Shown here: piece after piece, positions 62,201 to 64,000 of the stretch
Layout of the letters: the number at the start of each line of letters is the position of its first letter
How positions within the stretch are numbered: the first letter of the stretch is position 1
Source: a candidate division WOR-3 bacterium
GTDB taxonomy: Bacteria; Hydrothermota; Tepidihabitantia; Tepidihabitantales; Tepidihabitantaceae
Assembly: GCA_037441285.1 (NCBI GenBank)
Contig: JBBISL010000004.1
Location: 22,398-86,397, forward strand
Direction of reading: 5' to 3'
DNA: 64,000 bases
Position numbers and translations under genes: made by a program
Notes under the pieces: generated by a model
What the model saw: only the letters and a program-made list of their open reading frames with translations
Told to the model about the DNA's origin: nothing
Databases searched by the model: none

Positions 62201-62409
62201 CCGGTTCGGTTGTCATACCAGACAACATGGACATTACCACCGGTATCGGTTGCCACGGTATGCTGATAACCATAACCCATATACTGAGTTGTGGCATCAT
62301 CCGAAAGATTAACTGGCCCAGCCCAGCCATCGATTTCTGCGGCTGGAATTCCGTTGCTGCTCGCACTCATTACCATTAACCCCAGCAGCGTGATAACTAC
62401 GCCGTTCAT
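59284..62409 (-). CDS. Giant multidomain secreted T9SS cargo protein: BNR-like degenerate propeller, two CARDB/Ig-like domains, Kelch-like repeats and a Por C-terminal sorting domain
   Basis: Signal peptide MNGVVITLLGLMVMSAS. Seven ~50-aa repeats of the form VHVVWYDNRTG...VFYRKW..SGSWG. The C-terminus LTIAPNPVRGKGVLF...SGVYLVKLVGKSTVTRKLVVE matches TIGR04183. Confidence 0.65.
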   Translation of the reverse strand: MNGVVITLLGLMVMSASSNGIPAAEIDGWAGPVNLSDDATTQYMGYGYQHTVATDTGGNVHVVWYDNRTGSNQVFYRKWSRASGSWGPITQVTNQSVAVYRPAVACDDSGNVHITWYHSTSPYYGIWYKRWNVATGTWGDSVYLYNPGGTHLNYYPSIACRPGGNNVHIVWYGRDASNPTYYRIKHIEYTPGTGWSAVTIVDNFPSDSSMQASVAVDRADSVYVVWRKKVAGYWQVFYRWRSGSGTWRDIEQVSDVNANADMFAPVVAVNSDGSTVYVVWNGDVSGSTYDRVFYRTKTGSGWGTTEIVSTYTNGNQYDPVVSEVDGVISVVWRGYTEISPTRFEILCRQKQAGNWGEVMQLTNRAQTGLYYPALAAGEFDDLHIVWYDNYDGDNDVYYIRGELVDAGVSSILSPSGLIMPGTTVTPRVVCRNFGANNSVDFWLFCFLINPSGNRVYSESLNVAGLAPGVESTLVFPDFVVNDAGQWTVRCSTTAIPDKNSTNDVQEGNFTVYTTDIEMFQIQAPSGTIDSGAVVTPRARWWNRGDNPADFSAYFTMFDAAGTLVYNESLPITGLAGQRDTIITFPVYSVGGVPGTWTVRCSTFCSNDTFPGNDVRSADFVVRRIPHWPYGWQEVSQVPLAPSNKGVSDGGWLTQMRVSGTRCLFVLKGNKVGDFYLYDPLADTWHQLQPMPLGAEGRPPRRASVGVAGGDYIYATKGNNTLGFWAYNVELDTWLQLENVPLGSSGKRVKAGADMVYIKRPHTDTGYVYLLKGYTDEFYRFNTVSGVWETRAPAPVTATGRRWDRGSWMVYNARPGQNEFYIYAHKAKVHELWRYDVLADTWFSQPLSGMPFVGKLGKTKKCKDGSSGAWYNDAIYALKGGNTCEFWRYDALGDSWVELDTMPSVGSTGRKKRVKGGGDIVLYEDGIFFALKGNKTPELWCYVTADTLFADSPDRKGVMGTIQEMSGSLTIAPNPVRGKGVLFISGATAGMRLQIFDATGRMVFSQPLGKEQAMVNLGMLPSGVYLVKLVGKSTVTRKLVVE

Positions 62410-62863
62410 TTTAACCTCCTTACATTTGCCTAACAGACGCCTCCATTCTACGATAAGTCAACTTTTCAAGGGAGAGTACAGATGTAACCCGCCAGATAAA
62501 CTATAATCCATTTCTAATATCTTGTCAAGGAAATTATCAATGGCAATTTCCCTTACCATCCCCGAGATAACCCCGGGGTTAGTTATGGAAAATCACTCCT
62601 CGGGTGTTTAACTCGTTAAAATACAAAGCGTTATGTAAAATGCCCGATTTCTGGTGCGTGTACTTATAAGTATACGCCACTTAAACACCCCCAGGAACAA
62701 TAACCTATTCCTTACCAACCTTCTGACATCCGGGTTCTGCTATCAGATTAATTCAGACCTCTCTGCATCCAATGCGAAACCAACCATTTCTATCCTGCAA
62801 CACCCTGTTACCTCAGGGCATCTTTTCCTTGACAATCCGTCTTATCTAATAGAATATTTATAG

Positions 62864-64000
62864 GTGTCCAAATTCTATTTGCAGGTTTACGGCTGCCAGA
62901 TGAATCAGTACGAAGCCGAACTCGTGCGTAACATTCTTGAACAGGCGGGATTTACCGAAACCGAGAAAGAAGAAAAAGCCGATGTGCTCTTAATGGTTAC
63001 CTGTTCAGTCCGTGAGCACGCGGAACAACGCGCCCTGGGAAGGCTGGCAGCATTTCAATCGTACAAAAACAGCGCGCCGGAAAAGATTGTTGGCGTTCTC
63101 GGGTGTGTTGCTCAGAATCTCAAAGAAAGGTTAATCACCGAATATGGCGCCGATATTGTAGTTGGACCTGATGGGTACCGCCATCTCCCGGAACTGATAA
63201 GCCGCCGGCAGAGCGGGAATCCACCTCAACTCTGGGTCCAGTTTAGCGAAGAATGCTATCCCGATATTCACCCTTTAATCCGAAACACGGTAACGGCAAA
63301 TGTAACAATAATGCGCGGCTGCAACAACTTCTGCTCTTACTGCATTGTCCCTTATGTAAAAGGTCCCGAACGCTCCCGGCCCGTAGAAAGCATTTTGACC
63401 GAAATAAGGCAACTGGCGCGTCGCGGTGTCAAAGAGGTAACGCTTCTGGGACAGAATGTCCTTGCCTATCAGGACCGGGAAACTAATTTTTCTGAACTGT
63501 TAACCTATGTGTGTGCGGTTGAGGGTATCGAACGGGTCCGCTTTCTTACCTCGCATCCCCGCGACCTGTCAGAAAAAATCGTCGAGCAGATAGCCCATTT
63601 ACCCCGAGTCTGCCCGCAGTTTCACCTCCCATTACAGTCGGGCTCAAACCGCATCCTGCACCTGATGAACCGGGGTTATACCCGCGAACAGTACTTAGAG
63701 AAAGTGCAAATGATAAGAGAGAAACTGCCCGAAGTATCGATTACCACCGACATCATCGTTGGATTCCCGACTGAGAATGAAAATGATTTTGCCGCCACAA
63801 TGGAAATCGTCCGAACCGTTAGATTTGACTTTGCCTATATGTTCAAATTTTCACCCCGCTCCCAAACACGCGCCGCCGAAATCAAACCGCCGGTGCCCGA
63901 AGCCATTGCCCGACGCCGCCTTGCTGAACTGATTAAGTTGCAAAACCAGATTACTCTTGATTCCAATCGGGCAATGGTCGGCAAAACTTACGAGTTGCTG
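62864..64000 (+). CDS. miaB: tRNA-i6A37 methylthiotransferase MiaB, 3'-truncated by the window end
   Basis: (GTG)SKFYLQVYGCQMNQYEAE... matches the MiaB N-terminal MTTase domain, and CNNFCSYC is the radical SAM motif. No stop codon occurs before position 64000. Start is GTG 62864 or TTG 62879. Confidence 0.8.
   Translation, partial: MSKFYLQVYGCQMNQYEAELVRNILEQAGFTETEKEEKADVLLMVTCSVREHAEQRALGRLAAFQSYKNSAPEKIVGVLGCVAQNLKERLITEYGADIVVGPDGYRHLPELISRRQSGNPPQLWVQFSEECYPDIHPLIRNTVTANVTIMRGCNNFCSYCIVPYVKGPERSRPVESILTEIRQLARRGVKEVTLLGQNVLAYQDRETNFSELLTYVCAVEGIERVRFLTSHPRDLSEKIVEQIAHLPRVCPQFHLPLQSGSNRILHLMNRGYTREQYLEKVQMIREKLPEVSITTDIIVGFPTENENDFAATMEIVRTVRFDFAYMFKFSPRSQTRAAEIKPPVPEAIARRRLAELIKLQNQITLDSNRAMVGKTYELL

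Noticed and set aside
1-64000. CRISPR arrays, transposases, integrases or other mobile-element hallmarks
   Set aside because: No regularly spaced direct repeats, no IS-like terminal inverted repeats and no transposase-like ORFs were seen. The only recombinase is a XerC/XerD-type housekeeping enzyme with no adjacent tRNA or att-like repeat.

Overview
This 64 kb window reads as one contiguous bacterial chromosomal segment of about 50% GC. It is densely coding on both strands and most genes are housekeeping. The whole annotation is by eye from the sequence and the ORF track: no search could be run, family names rest on recognised motifs, and non-ATG starts are uncertain.

Main content, in order:
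- birA (C-terminal fragment), then coaX, a NYN/LabA-like protein and tsaB with overlapping stop/start codons.
- A complete Rnf complex operon, rnfCDGEAB.
- panC-panB, a deoxynucleoside kinase, folK, cspA, nnr, gyrA, glyA-eno-ftsB.
- An Fe/B12-type ABC importer (ATPase, permease, binding protein) and trmI.
- nusA-infB-DUF503, uppP, a BamA/TamA-like Omp85 protein, and the start of miaB.
- Four tRNAs: Sec(UCA) with the bacterial 8-bp acceptor stem, Gln(CTG), Leu(CAA), Ala(GGC).

Accessory-looking content:
- At least three large secreted repeat proteins whose C-termini match the Por/T9SS sorting domain, plus a PorV/PorQ-like outer membrane barrel and an NHL-repeat protein with a FlgD-Ig-like tail.
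- A MarR - MMPL/RND exporter - LolA-like - outer membrane barrel operon with a σ70-like promoter and a perfect palindromic operator candidate.
- A DUF523-DUF1722 fusion abutting uvdE.

Most notable oddities:
- selC (tRNA-Sec) lies about 2 kb from a BNR-repeat T9SS cargo gene interrupted by a single in-frame TGA, with a perfect 7-bp hairpin 24 nt downstream.
- A LolA-like gene is split by a +1 frameshift inside a T6 homopolymer.
- Several near-consensus TTGACW-N16/17-TATAAT promoters sit directly against start codons, implying leaderless or very short-leader mRNAs.

No CRISPR array, transposase or obvious prophage was found. The mix of T9SS cargo, Rnf and selC suggests an anaerobic, possibly FCB-superphylum-related uncultured lineage; that is inference only.
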